A stretch of 64,000 nucleotides of DNA from Ascidiella aspersa (taxonomy: Eukaryota). The stretch spans positions 10,974,001 to 11,038,000 of the forward strand of contig OZ004607.1 in assembly GCA_963924565.1 (NCBI GenBank). Reading direction: 5' to 3'. The translations under genes were made by a program, and so were the position numbers. The notes under the pieces were generated by a model. The model had not been told where the DNA came from, searched no databases, and worked only from the letters and a program-made list of their open reading frames with translations. Below are positions 1 through 11,758 of this stretch, piece after piece (position 1 is the first letter of the stretch; every line of letters begins with the position of its first letter).

Positions 1-175
1 TGGCCATGAAATACACATAATGCCTCCAGGAAAGGCTTACCAACATCAGTCGATCTAAGCAGGATTTTTGTGCAAGCAAAGCATGCATGTAAAACAACTA
101 TCCCGTGGTGAGGTGCGAACTCAGGACCTCCGGCCAAACCGGGACCGTCGCTCTACAGACTGAGCTACGCAGGCT
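1..175 (-). mobile_element. tRNA-derived SINE-like repeat, copy 1 (may continue beyond the window start)
   Basis: The reverse complement reads AGCCTGCGTAGCTCAGTCTGTAGAGCG...GGTCCTGAGTTCGCACCTC, i.e. Pol III A and B boxes. Its tail is shared with the copy at 28341 (TAGTT(T)GTTTT...TGCTTGCA...GATCGAC.GAT). Confidence 0.8.
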
Positions 176-790
176 CAGTGGGGACTGGCCGAGAAATGTA
201 GCAGGGTTGCACGCTGCATTCTGATCACAGATTTATATACAATGTGTAGATGAATGTTTCAATGATTATTATGATTGGCGAGGCTTTGTGTAAAATTGAG
301 AATCATAGGTCACAAATAGTCCCAAAACAGGGTAATGTTTTTTGTTTTTAAATCGAGTTTTGTTCTTTTAGGTATTTTGTAAACAATGGTTCTAAAAGTC
401 GTCAGCCGTTAATAGAGAAAGAGTTAATTACTTGCAGCTTTGTAATTACTGGAGCAGCAATTTGTGTCGGTAGAAAGGGGGAACAATGAGCCAACAAAAT
501 AATTATATGCTCGTAAAAGGTACCACAAAACTTTACGTACCCGGTTAGACATATTTAGAGGAGTATACTCTTATGATTTTATAATAGGGAAACAAAAGGT
601 GTTAGTATATACGTTTCGGGCCTTGCTAAGGCTTTTGAAAAAAAAACACTTTTTTTTTGGAAAAAAACAACACTAATTTTGCTAACAAACATTTAAGGTA
701 ATATACGATCACTGAGGTACAGCTCATTTTTTAAAGCCGCCCAACAAGACAAAACAATATAGGTAAACCGATTAGAAACACGCGGCTCAC

Positions 791-1832
791 CTGTTTCGGT
801 GACCTTGATCGCGACATTGACGAGCGTGAGCCAGGACAAGGACGACTTCTGATTTGTGGAGGCGAACTCCCGCTCTGAGGTTATGCTGTAGTCACCCTCT
901 TTCTCCACCACGCGGAATCTGTGCTTGAGCGAGTTGGTGCCGGGGAGAGCCTAAAGAAAAAAAAATCACGATGCACATTTGATTTTAATCATCAGTATTT
1001 TTCTTATTAGTTAACCTGGGGGCAAAAGTTTTGGAGACTTCTAAAATCTGAGTGCCCTTCACTTGCTTTTACGTACAACTCGCAAAATAAAGGCTATCTT
1101 TGCGTCTTTAATAGTCCAATATATGATGTTGTTGGTGGTGGATGTACGCGTACGTGTTATGGTATATCTTAAACTCGAATCCAAAAACCAGGGCAGATTT
1201 ACAAGGTAGAAAAATCGTACAGGTAATACGCATTTGTAATTTGTTTTACTTCGGCAACTTCAAAAAACTTTTTACGAAGCCTAAGCTCTGGCACAATTCT
1301 GTTGTGTTAGATATTATTTATATAGTAAACTGTAAGTCGGTGCCTACATGTTGGAATCATGAATCGTATATTGAATCAAATGAATTTGTATTTAACTGTG
1401 CCCTTAATAAGATGCAAAGTAGTATTAGGCCTTGCTCGTGACAGTGAACAAAGTTCGTCAAAGTTGTCCAAAAGATCACGAGTCCGATAGATATCATAAT
1501 CCAATCTATACTGAATTTGAAGCATATGGGTCTATACTAGATTAAAGCCTATGGGAGGGGATAAACATACGCGACCTAGGCTTAATAAAAAAGATTCTAA
1601 GCCTTTTGATACTCTGTACGTGACTGGGTCGTTTAAAATCAATTACCTAATCCACGCACGTCTAGTTATTAGCGGCACAATGAAGTAATTTCGGGCCAGT
1701 CAACGGCAACAGCAGAGTAACCCCGCGTCCGCTGGTTTACCTCGCAAGGGAGTCGGTCGTCGTTTCAAGCGAACCACCTTTTCGATGGAAGTGGGTCGTT
1801 TGCTGCAGCGAAATGCGCCAGGACGACACACA

Positions 1833-1868
<36 letters not shown>

Positions 1869-4800
1869 GGACGCGCGATTAAGACAAGACTGTTCTAACA
1901 GGATCTGTAACTAGGGCGTAAATTGACGGTACTTGCTTGACGTCACCAAAAAGGTCGTTTTCTTGCGACTGCAATTCTGTGGTGCAGTTTGAGAATGCGG
2001 TTCGAACTGTATTGCATTACACGCCAGCATTAAATCCAATTTTTCGCTTTGACTTCCGTTTTCTTCTTCGTAAAACAGTCATGAAATCAGTTTAACCTCG
2101 CCACAACAAACTACACAAAACCTCGAATACAATTTATTACAAGAGATATTTATTGGTAAACGGCAGGGCCTATATGTTTGTAAGAGCACATTTTTTGCCG
2201 ATTTATTTCAGGCGTGTTAACAAGGCGCAATATTGATCGTGGGTTTCACAACACAACATTCGTGATTTTTTTTAGGCCCAATAAGGCTTGTTTTGCTGGC
2301 ATTGCCCAATCTTTCGAAGCGACCTTTTAAATTAAACACTGCCTAAGCCTATGAGCATATTGATCTGTGGTAACAGTCTTCCATCATTTCTTATAGATCT
2401 AACGAAAAAAAATAAGGCAACTGCAGCTCAAGGAACATGGCACTTATATCTAGAACTATTACAGCATTTAAGGATTTTTTTTTATTTCTGTAAGGAATGG
2501 TACCCCATCATTGGAACTATTTATTGGTCCATTTTTTGATAGAGTCACGAACGAATTAACATCATCGGCACACGGCAATCGTATAATTCGGTTGCCTTTG
2601 TGAGCAACTGGCCATAAGCATCGTGTGCAGTTTAAAACGGGACAAGATAAGGCGGATTTACAGAACACCTAAATCGGGTGCCCGTGCGCAAAGCATTGAA
2701 GTATGGTAATTACAACGCGGCAATAAAACCATTTCAAAGCGACTTGATTGGTGAATTACACATCAGCCCGAACTAGCATAGGTCTTCTAACTAGGGTGCT
2801 TAAATAAAGACTGCAATTAGGTAATTCAAAATGGCATTACCATAAAGTTGTGTGACGTTAATAACCAGGCTAAAACGACATTAGTGTTTTTCTATTTTTA
2901 ACGAAAACAAGTTCGCCATTTTACAATTTTGTTAAACCGTATTGTATTGGCAGTGACGGAGGAGGGTTATAAGCTAACCATGAAAAGTTCACGTCCACCT
3001 TTAGCGTTGTTTACACAAAGTCAAATCTTAACGAACGAGTTTGACTAGTTTAAAGGTCTTGCTCTTCAATAAAACTATCCCTGCCATCGTCGCATAACAC
3101 ACTGTTTGGTATACATCATAGGCACGATTGGTTAAGTAGTACATAAAACTGTACTCCGAACCCAGCATAAACTCTGTTTCAACCATTGACGCATAATTGC
3201 TTTATTTCCCATTGGCGTGGTTTTCCACGAAAGCAGTGCCATACATAAACTGTAAAAGGCGTATCGATGTTACGGACTTATTATATGTACTCTAGAGATT
3301 AGATTGTCGGTATCGGTGGTTTTTAGTATTGGTCATTATTTTTAAAACCCTGATTTTTAAGTAGCTGTTTGAGGAGACTTAAAGACGCGTTATTAAGCTA
3401 TACAATACATGTACCTCTTTGAATTGGACTGTGAATTTAATCGCAATATAATCTTACGAATCGTGTGGAAAAACAACTTCATGCTGTTGTTTGTGATGAA
3501 ATATTTGGAAATGAATAAGTTATCGCACCAGTGGTATTTTGTAAAAGAGCGCTATTGGTATACATATTTAAAAAAATATGGTAGCACTAGCATCATAGCA
3601 AAAAACATCTCTTTCCCAGGCCTTACCTCAATATGCATATTGTGGTTCAGGTTGATCACATCCTTAACATCCTGACAAGCCTGGGTCGAGTAGAGGGTGA
3701 CCTTTGACCCGTGAAGCACCGCCCATCGCTTCTTCCAAGCGTCGGCGTCTGGCTTGCGGACTGAGAGCCAGCCCTGTGAAATACCAAGCAAAAGCGCGTT
3801 TAATGACACGTTGTTTCTATTGATTTTTAAATGCACTCATGTCGCTAGAAAGGACCACCTAAAACATATTATACACAAGAAAGCCAATTTTTTCCAAGTT
3901 CACAAAAAGCTGGTCTTGGCTGCCTAAAACGACATTGTCGACAACATGCGCTCAGTAAAGCCAACAAACACAATCAGTAGTGAGATTGTTTCGTATTATG
4001 TGGTAGTGCAAAGAATTTAACTGCGAATACGGCGGCACAAATCCTTTTTAAAAATAAACAAGCTGTACTAATGAGGCCGGCGTGCGACCAAACGTAGTGA
4101 AGCAAAAGTCAGTGAACAACTAATTTTACCCTGTTTGTTAATGCTAGTGCCAGTTTATTGTGGCACACACTTTTCGGTAACATTGAGACCGGTCTGAATA
4201 ACCTCAGTTTGTTGCGGTCGGGAGAGGTTCAGTATGGCGAACCATTTCGTATACTAATAACGCGTTGGCGTTGCCATCTATGCGCACATCATACAGAATC
4301 ACACACAATCCGTTGTAACAATAAACGGGATGCGGCAACTGACAACTTCCCACAAGCAACCGCCGTCTAAAGCAAAACGAGGAACTGAACGTGAGTTTGA
4401 CATGCGAATAAAGCAACAAACTGATTTAATTGTAGAAGGCTTTACAGCTTCGCTCTTGCAGAAGGGTTAAAATAATTTAGTGTGTAGTGAAATTATTTGG
4501 ATGTCTAATATTATCGGATCGAAACTTATACCCGATGACAGGTGGTTTCATAGGTACTCGACCGATATTAGAGTGGTAACAAAACCAAACTTGCATAGCT
4601 ATTTTTTGCTGTTTTCTATGGTTTGCGGCTTCACTAATTTTTTTTACTTGAATGGTTAATTTATCACCAACTTGAAACTAAAGTTCCTATATCTATTTAA
4701 ATGAAAATTAGGCCCAACTAAAAACAACACTTTTTGAATTTTTGTTTCAATATTTCCTATATTTGAGCGTAGAATTGACGCCGTTGGTACGTTGGAACGG

Positions 4801-7800
4801 CCGTAATTTTTGCCTAAAATGTCGAGTATCGGTATAAAATACATATATAAAATGAATATAGGACATCCCTACTAAGAGGGTTGAATACAGCAGCACAAGC
4901 TTTCTACACAACCTGTCCAGTTGTCCACGCTTATAGTTTAAGCTACATAGCCCGATCAACCTATAGCGGGCCCGGTCACTCTAACGTAGCCTCAGACAAA
5001 CTGGACACGAAAACGCAGCCTCATGCTACCTGACATACCAAGCTCGGAAAACATGAGCGCGCGTGTGTGTGCATGCTCGCACGAGTTTAAAACCACCGGC
5101 AGCAAAGCAAACACAGGCCGCGATAAGATCATCCCAGGGGCGGGAAACGGGAGGTCGACTTACCGCCTTCATCACTTCCAGGTACTCGGAGAGGCAGAGT
5201 CGCTGCAGCGCCTTGTAGAATGTATGGGAACGCGCCAGTTCGGTGCCCACCATGTCAGCGATCACCGACAGCAGTTGCTGGAACGTCACCTGGAACGCGA
5301 AACAGGCGGAAGTGAGCGAGGCTGTGCAGTGCGCGCCTTCCCACGTTCAAAAGGAAGTGGAGATATCTTGAGCCAGCTTTAAGAGCAGGGGTTCTTAAAC
5401 TTGGGTCCATGGACCCCTTGTGGGTACGTAAACTAGTTTAAGGGGGTCCATGAAGGCCCAATTGGAATATTAGTGTACTGTCTATTTCTCAAATTTCTCA
5501 AAGAAAACAGTTTAATTAAAAATAAAACGGTTTTGCATTGAATGCATTAGGACTCCATTCCACTTTAACATTTTTGGACCGAAATCAGCAGATTTATCAA
5601 GTCTAACGTAAATTTATGACGTTATTTTTTTAATTTTATGCGTACCGTTCTCCACGCGCACCAAAAAAACTTTAGGGGTCTGTGGTGAAAAATGTTTAAC
5701 AACCCTTGTTTAAAGACTTTATTCTCAGACACATTTTTATTATAGTTGGTGACCAAACAGCAGCCTGGTCCTTGTTTGCTACAGTTGTCTAAAAAAAAGG
5801 CGGTACGGTGAATAATTGGTGAAGACAGTGTGGCGTTGGGCTTAAGTTAATTTTGACCCGGATTTCGAGGTACCAAAGACAGGTTAAAATGAGGTCAGGG
5901 CAATTTATGAAGTGCTATGCAAACCTACCGATGGTCAATACATTTTATATTGGTTACAAATAAACTCTCTGAAGTATACAAGTCCCCTTTGTACTTCTTG
6001 ATCATGAACAACGTATTCTAGTCCTTCTTTGATTACAAATTGGTATAGCATGACACAAACAACATTATTTGCGGTGTTTTTTCGTGAACGATATACCTAA
6101 AATAAGGGTATATATCAGTAAAACTCATTCAATTACCTTGGGCGGGTTTGACGGTTCGAAACTGCTGTTACCATCTGAGCTGCTGTCGTCATAGTGACCG
6201 GTGGCGTCAGCGTCATGGTTTGATGACCAGGGAAGCCCCAGAGCGGCGAATAACTTTCGCAGGAGGAGGTCTGTCTATCGAACAACACGCAATCGTTTAT
6301 TGTTCTCTAGTTGATGCTAATCAATGAACTGAAAATTCCTGAGAGCATGGACTTTTTTGTTATTATCAAAACAAAGGTTATTTACAGAACATGCAATTAC
6401 CATTTTCATTCATAAGATGTCACTACTAATACTTAACAAATATTAAAAAAGGTGTATTTTAATGAAAATAGTAAAAACAGCAAGATTATGAGAAATGCAA
6501 GCCTGGCACTTTTCACACTGGATCAATTCCCTGTGGTGAACATTGTACCTCTTCATAGTCCATGGCAGGTGGGTAGGTATCCGGTTCCGAGAGGTTGTTA
6601 AAGACACAAAACAGCCAGTAGAGGGCCTCTGCAAGCTCCGGTGGCACCACAGAGTCGAGGTTGTCCACCAGGGGGTTGTTAAGGAAACGGTCTTTGCTAA
6701 TCGACCAACAGTGAGCAGAGAGGCTCTCGGGATCCATGTACATGCCAGCGGTGGTGTCCTAAAGAAACATACTTATTACAAATTGAATAAATAACTATCA
6801 AACTTCAAGGTGAACATAGAACCCTAAATGCACTTTTTTGTGTTTTTAATACTTTTGAATTTAACAACCATGCGTCTAACTTATCACATCTTAAAGTAAG
6901 GTAACAGACCAATTAAAACATACATTACTAAATCATTCTAAAACTATCATGCAGGACAGGTAATATGATTTGGCATCACCATAATGTTGATTATTAGATA
7001 AGTTAAAAACTTCTTAAAAAGCAAAAAAAAAAATTTACAGGAATAATTTTTTGCTAAATAATTTTGTTTACCATCACGTAGCGCTTGTAGTTGGGGAATG
7101 TGACTTGGGAAAAGCGGATAAAGTGCTTTTGGATGCTCTGGTCATTATGCTTGTCAGTACCAAGTATATTGGAGAGGGAAGAGGACATGTGCTGCAATAA
7201 TAAAACAGCCTCAAATTTAATGCAATAGAAATAAGATCATAAAATTTGATTTATAAAAAGTGTTAAACAAAACAGTACCCTGGCGATTAGAAGTGCTATC
7301 CCATTTATAAAATATTTATCACATAATTTAATGTTAGTGTTACCAAACGTGAAACAAGAGATAAATTACAACAATTACAAGACTTTCCACCATTTTAGGA
7401 TGAAAATAGACAACTATAAAAGTTGTTTGATAAGTAATTTCAACAGTTTTTAAAATAACAATATGTAATTTAGCCGATTATTTAGGCCCTTCTAAGTAAG
7501 TAGTGAAGACTAAGTTATCAGTTAAACAGAGATTCAAACAGATTCATTTGAATATTTACCATGAGGCGACCAAGTAACACTTTGCCAGAACCCCTCGTAT
7601 CGAGGGAGGCGAAGGCTTGCCACAGGGGCACGAGTGTTGTGTTGTGGTAGCAGCGGTGGTAGAGGCAGGACTGGTGTCGGCGGAACATAGATGTGGAAAG
7701 TGACTCTCCATTTAAGCTCAACATGCTGCCGCTGTCCTCTAAAACGCTGTTGCCGATCACATCAGACACTTGTAGTTGTGACACTGGGGGTTTGTAAAAA

Positions 7801-8291
7801 GGAATGCGATAAGTAATAGCCATCCAAGCTAGTTTTGATTCAACATAATTTACAGTGCACTTAGCTTAACGTTTGCTCTATCTGGAATAATTTATCAACT
7901 TCAATACCAGCATACATACAGTGTTTGCTAATCCACCCTGGGATTATCAAGTTAACAACTGATGGATAATATGAATCTTATATATGTTGTTTATGATTAA
8001 ATCCAGTTTTAAGTTGCTTATTAATTCCACACAGATTTATATTATAAGCTAAAATATTACAATCGTAAAAGGCAAATTTAATAGCAAACCAAATTTAGTT
8101 TCAAAATACAAAGTTATAAAGACATAAAATAAATGTTGGGTCCTTATGGGAATATTATACAAAGAACAGGAAGCATCTTCATTACATTAAAAGAAAACAT
8201 CAAGTGCAACCTCTAGTGTGTTAAGATGCTATAGTTCAAGATATTGATATAACCAATATAGTTATGTTCTTTATAGATAATAGTAACAGAA

Positions 8292-8322
<31 letters not shown>

Positions 8323-8699
8323 AGTTTTATATGCCTGTTTAACTGAATAGACACCAGCTCAAAAAATGGTATATCTAGATCATGAAATTACATGGTTGAT
8401 AACAAATAATATATGGAAAATAGATAGTTAAGGCGACTACAATTAAACAAACAAACATGTACACATCTACCCTGACCACTGTAATCTATTGAACTGGATG
8501 GCCCTATTAATGGAATCAAGTAATTGCATTACAAATTAAATTTCTCTAAGGTAACCATGCATGCTGTATAGATTACCATACCTAAAACATCCTCAAAGTC
8601 AATATTAGGCAGGGGCATTTTTGCCATGGCCATTGTTGTTGGTCTGTTGCGTTTCAGTGACAACCTCCTAATACTCTTGGTGCTTCTTTTTCTCTCCAT
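791..8699 (-). CDS. SWAP70: SWAP70/DEF6-like protein (N-terminal EF-hand-like region + PH domain), 3' end outside the window. Coding exons 8699-8582, 7783-7560, 7191-7072, 6758-6549, 6274-6137, 5289-5164, 3773-3627, 950-791
   Basis: All junctions are GT-AG and phase-consistent. The spliced peptide contains LWQAFASLDTRGSGKV (cf. SWAP70 IWHAFTALDQDHSGKV), CWSI, LFCVFNNLSEPDTYP, LLRKL and the PH domain GWLSVRKPDADAWKKRWAVL...EFAS....SWL. The first two exons are the least certain. Confidence 0.85.
1838..1866. repeat. (TG)n microsatellite
   Basis: Perfect tgtg run in a SWAP70-like intron. Confidence 0.9.
4499..4871. mobile_element. Degenerate MITE with CCGATA/TATCGG subterminal motifs
   Basis: Ends GGATGTC...GGACATCCCTA with internal ATCGG/CCGAT motifs. 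A similar end occurs at ~18040. Confidence 0.4.
5386..5708. mobile_element. hAT-type MITE
   Basis: TIR CAGGGGTTCTTAAAC ... GTTTAACAACCCTTG, with a degenerate TSD TTTAAGAG/TTTAAAGA. Confidence 0.7.
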
Positions 8700-10647
8700 C
8701 TTATCTGAACTTGGCTTGCAGCTATGCAAAAGAGATAATCAGGCACAACTCAACAGTCTGCTATCAGCAATTAGAAGGCCTATAATTTGCCAATAGAACA
8801 CTACTGACCCAATGACCAGCCAGAGATAACAGGCAGTTATGGAGGGTGCTAAAGAAAAAAGGGAAAAAGGTGACAATCAGCTCTGGCTCTGCAGCAAAGC
8901 TGCAAGTTACACAAAGGAAGTTCCACAGACTACTTTGATTAGCCCAGCAGGCAGCATTAAGTCAACTGCAGGAGACTTGAGCTACAGGAAACTTCACTTT
9001 CTGGCATGAAATCAAGTCAGACTAAATCACAAATTATATTTTTGTTTGATTCACCTAATCCACAAACACAGCAAGTCAGACTTGTATTATCAAAGTTATT
9101 GTGATCTGGACAGGCTTTAAGGCAACTCCATATCACAGGCATAATAAAGCCACAATTTATTTCACAGTCACCTGCCTGGACTATCAAAACAAGTTTGCTG
9201 GTTGTTCAATAATAATCTAATTTCGATTGATATTTGAACAAAAGAAAAAAGGACACTGGGCCGGCTGCTGGATGGCTGGCATGGTAACATTTCATTTTCA
9301 ATTGACCATATTGCTAATGAACTGACACCCAAATATATCTAAAGTCTCTATATATGTGCTACTACTACAGCTACAAACTGGAAATGTGTGCGATGCGTTA
9401 ATTGGTGCCTGGTTTAGGGAGAAACAAAGCTTCGTGACAAACTACTTCCTGTAAAATTGCGCTGCATGTGTGTGTACCAAACAGGGCTTTGAAGCTTACA
9501 AGCTGCAGGGAAATTGAAATTGAAACCTGGCCTAGACCGATTAAACATGTAACCTAAACACATACATCCCATTATGAACCTGATACTGTGACTGGAGACT
9601 TGCCCAAGCTCACTTACAACCCCCAGCGGAACTAAACTATGCATGGAATGCCTTTTTAGACACAGGTCAGTGCACATTATATTGTCTCAGACACATTGCT
9701 TCAGGGAAAAGTGACTAAACCGGAAAACATTTTGGTTAAGCTTAAGGCTAGTCAAATTAAAAACCGTTTACTACAGATTGCACCAATAAAGGAAACCAAT
9801 AACTATATATCTGCTTGCCAGCAATTTATTACTTTGTGATCACTGCTAATTGAATCAAGTGCAATGTTTTTGTACAACAGCAACAAGTAATGTATTAATC
9901 ATCAAACTTCATCAAAAGAAGTCACATATGTTATAGTTGACATTCAGTGACCTCTTTTATGATGCCATCTTTGCTCTGGTGTAAATTAAAAAGATAGAAG
10001 ATAACATTCCAAGAAATACACTACACAATTCAATACAATCTCTATTTTGCTTCCTTACTTAGCCAGTTGATCATATAAATATATCCTTCCAAGACTCACT
10101 AACAACAGATATATGAGTTCAGAGATATTCAACCCACACTAAGCATGTGGTTACTAAAAAAATGCAGCAGCAGTGTATTAATCCAGAGCATTTCCTCTTA
10201 GGCCCATCCTTGTTCTCTCAACCACACTGTCAGCTATTCATGTTAAACATGCCGTGCTATCATTTGGCTATCTCTCCAACACAGCAATTGACTCTGGCTA
10301 TCAAACGCTTCAAAATCACCACCTACATACCAGTAACATGCAATTACTTAACAGTGGCCTGAATTGATTTCAGAAAAACGGTAAATTGCTGGTTTTAACA
10401 CTTTAGGCTTAGTGAGTCACATTACAGTTAGTTAGCAATAAGATATAAAAAAAAATGATAACTTACCAAATATTTTTACAACATTTTCTTCATTTCACAA
10501 GCCTTCTGTTTTCATAGGGTGTTTTTCATTTTTTGTGTTTTTCTAACTTGTTCTTGAATAGCTTATTATCTTTGCAGGCCTTAAAAATATATACATAGCT
10601 TAAACAAGGAATTGGCCTGTAAAGTCTTTGTTGATATTCCCCATTAT

Positions 10648-11064
10648 TCAGAAAGATTCATTGGGCTGCTCGTTTGATGGAGAAGGGGTGTTCGCATTAA
10701 ATGACCGGATGGCACCACTTAAATCTTCAAGGTCATGCAGCAAAGTTGTCATGTGCTGCTCTTTCTGCTTTTCAAGGCATTCCTGAGAGTTGTCAGTGGT
10801 GTCATTGTAGTCAATTTGACTGTCCAAGTCAAAATGCAGCCTTGCCAGTTTTCCCTGCTTGCTTCTGATATTCTCCATCTTTTTTATGGCATTCTCTTCC
10901 CCAAACGCATTAAGTTTTCCTGTGCGAAAGGAAGACAGCAGATCCTGGAGGTCCTGTTTCATTGCCTGAATGTCGGTTAGCTCCACAAGAAATGTTCCAT
11001 CGGTGGGCTCTTCTTTTTTATCACTTGTCTGGGACTTGTTGGACTTTGATTTATTCATTGCCAT
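10648..11064 (-). CDS. CCDC28: Coiled-coil domain-containing protein 28 (DUF4061 family), single coding exon, ~138 aa
   Basis: TFLVELTDIQAMKQDLQDLLSSFRTGKLNAFGEENAIKKMENIRSKQGKLARLHFDL matches the CCDC28A/B core (SFLTDV.DV.EME.GLL.LL.DFHSGKLQAFG...MEHVR..QEKLARL). First ATG at 11064; splice acceptor tgtcttttgcag before 11102. Confidence 0.88.
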   Translation of the reverse strand: MAMNKSKSNKSQTSDKKEEPTDGTFLVELTDIQAMKQDLQDLLSSFRTGKLNAFGEENAIKKMENIRSKQGKLARLHFDLDSQIDYNDTTDNSQECLEKQKEQHMTTLLHDLEDLSGAIRSFNANTPSPSNEQPNESF

Positions 11065-11312
11065 TGCTTTCAAATACAGAATAGTTCTTTATCAATGTAT
11101 GTCTGCAAAAGACAACAATGAGCAGTGGGTAAAAGTAACCAGTACAAAACAATAGAATTTGGTGTAAAAGTAAGCACAAGTATTGACGGGAAATTAGCAA
11201 CAAATATAGGGCATATAAATAAACAAAACCAAAAACACCTTTAGCTAGAAAAAATATAATAAATATTTTGAAAGACCAAACACTCGAAATCCTTTTAAAA
11301 GCACTTTTAGTA

Positions 11313-11638
11313 CAGTGGTTCCCCACCTGTGGGCCGCAATCCTCAAGGGTGTTGCAAGGGATTGTCTGGGAGGTCGCTGTGTAACATTTGGGTTTATGTG
11401 GCTTTTGCTGCAGTGAACCAAACCATAACTTTAACTTGTTGTGCAAAATTAAATCTGAACATTTTAGCCAAATTTTGATACAATCCGTCTAGATTTTTTT
11501 CCCAATTTGAATTTTGACAATTTTAAAATGTGCTTTTCAGTGACTGTGGTTTATGTATCATACACTATAATTGGGAAGACATGCAAGTTATCAAAAACTT
11601 AAAGGGGGTCGCAAAAACAAAATGGTTGGAAACCACTC
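11313..11638. mobile_element. hAT (Buster-like) MITE between USP48 and CCDC28
   Basis: TIR CAGTGGTTCCCCACC ... GGTTGGAAACCACTC, with a degenerate TSD TTTTAGTA/CTTTAATA. Confidence 0.75.
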
Positions 11639-11758
11639 CTTTAATACATTACATATGATAGTTGTAGTACAAACAATATATTCTTATAATTACCTATTAA
11701 CCAAAACATAATTTAAAACCATATACATATTTAATTCCATATATATATTTTTAATTGT

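Noticed and set aside
7560-7881. SWAP70 exon using the acceptor at 7881 or the ATG at 7823
   Set aside because: The 7881 acceptor gives an early stop. The acceptor at 7783 has a better pyrimidine tract and keeps frame with the upstream exon.
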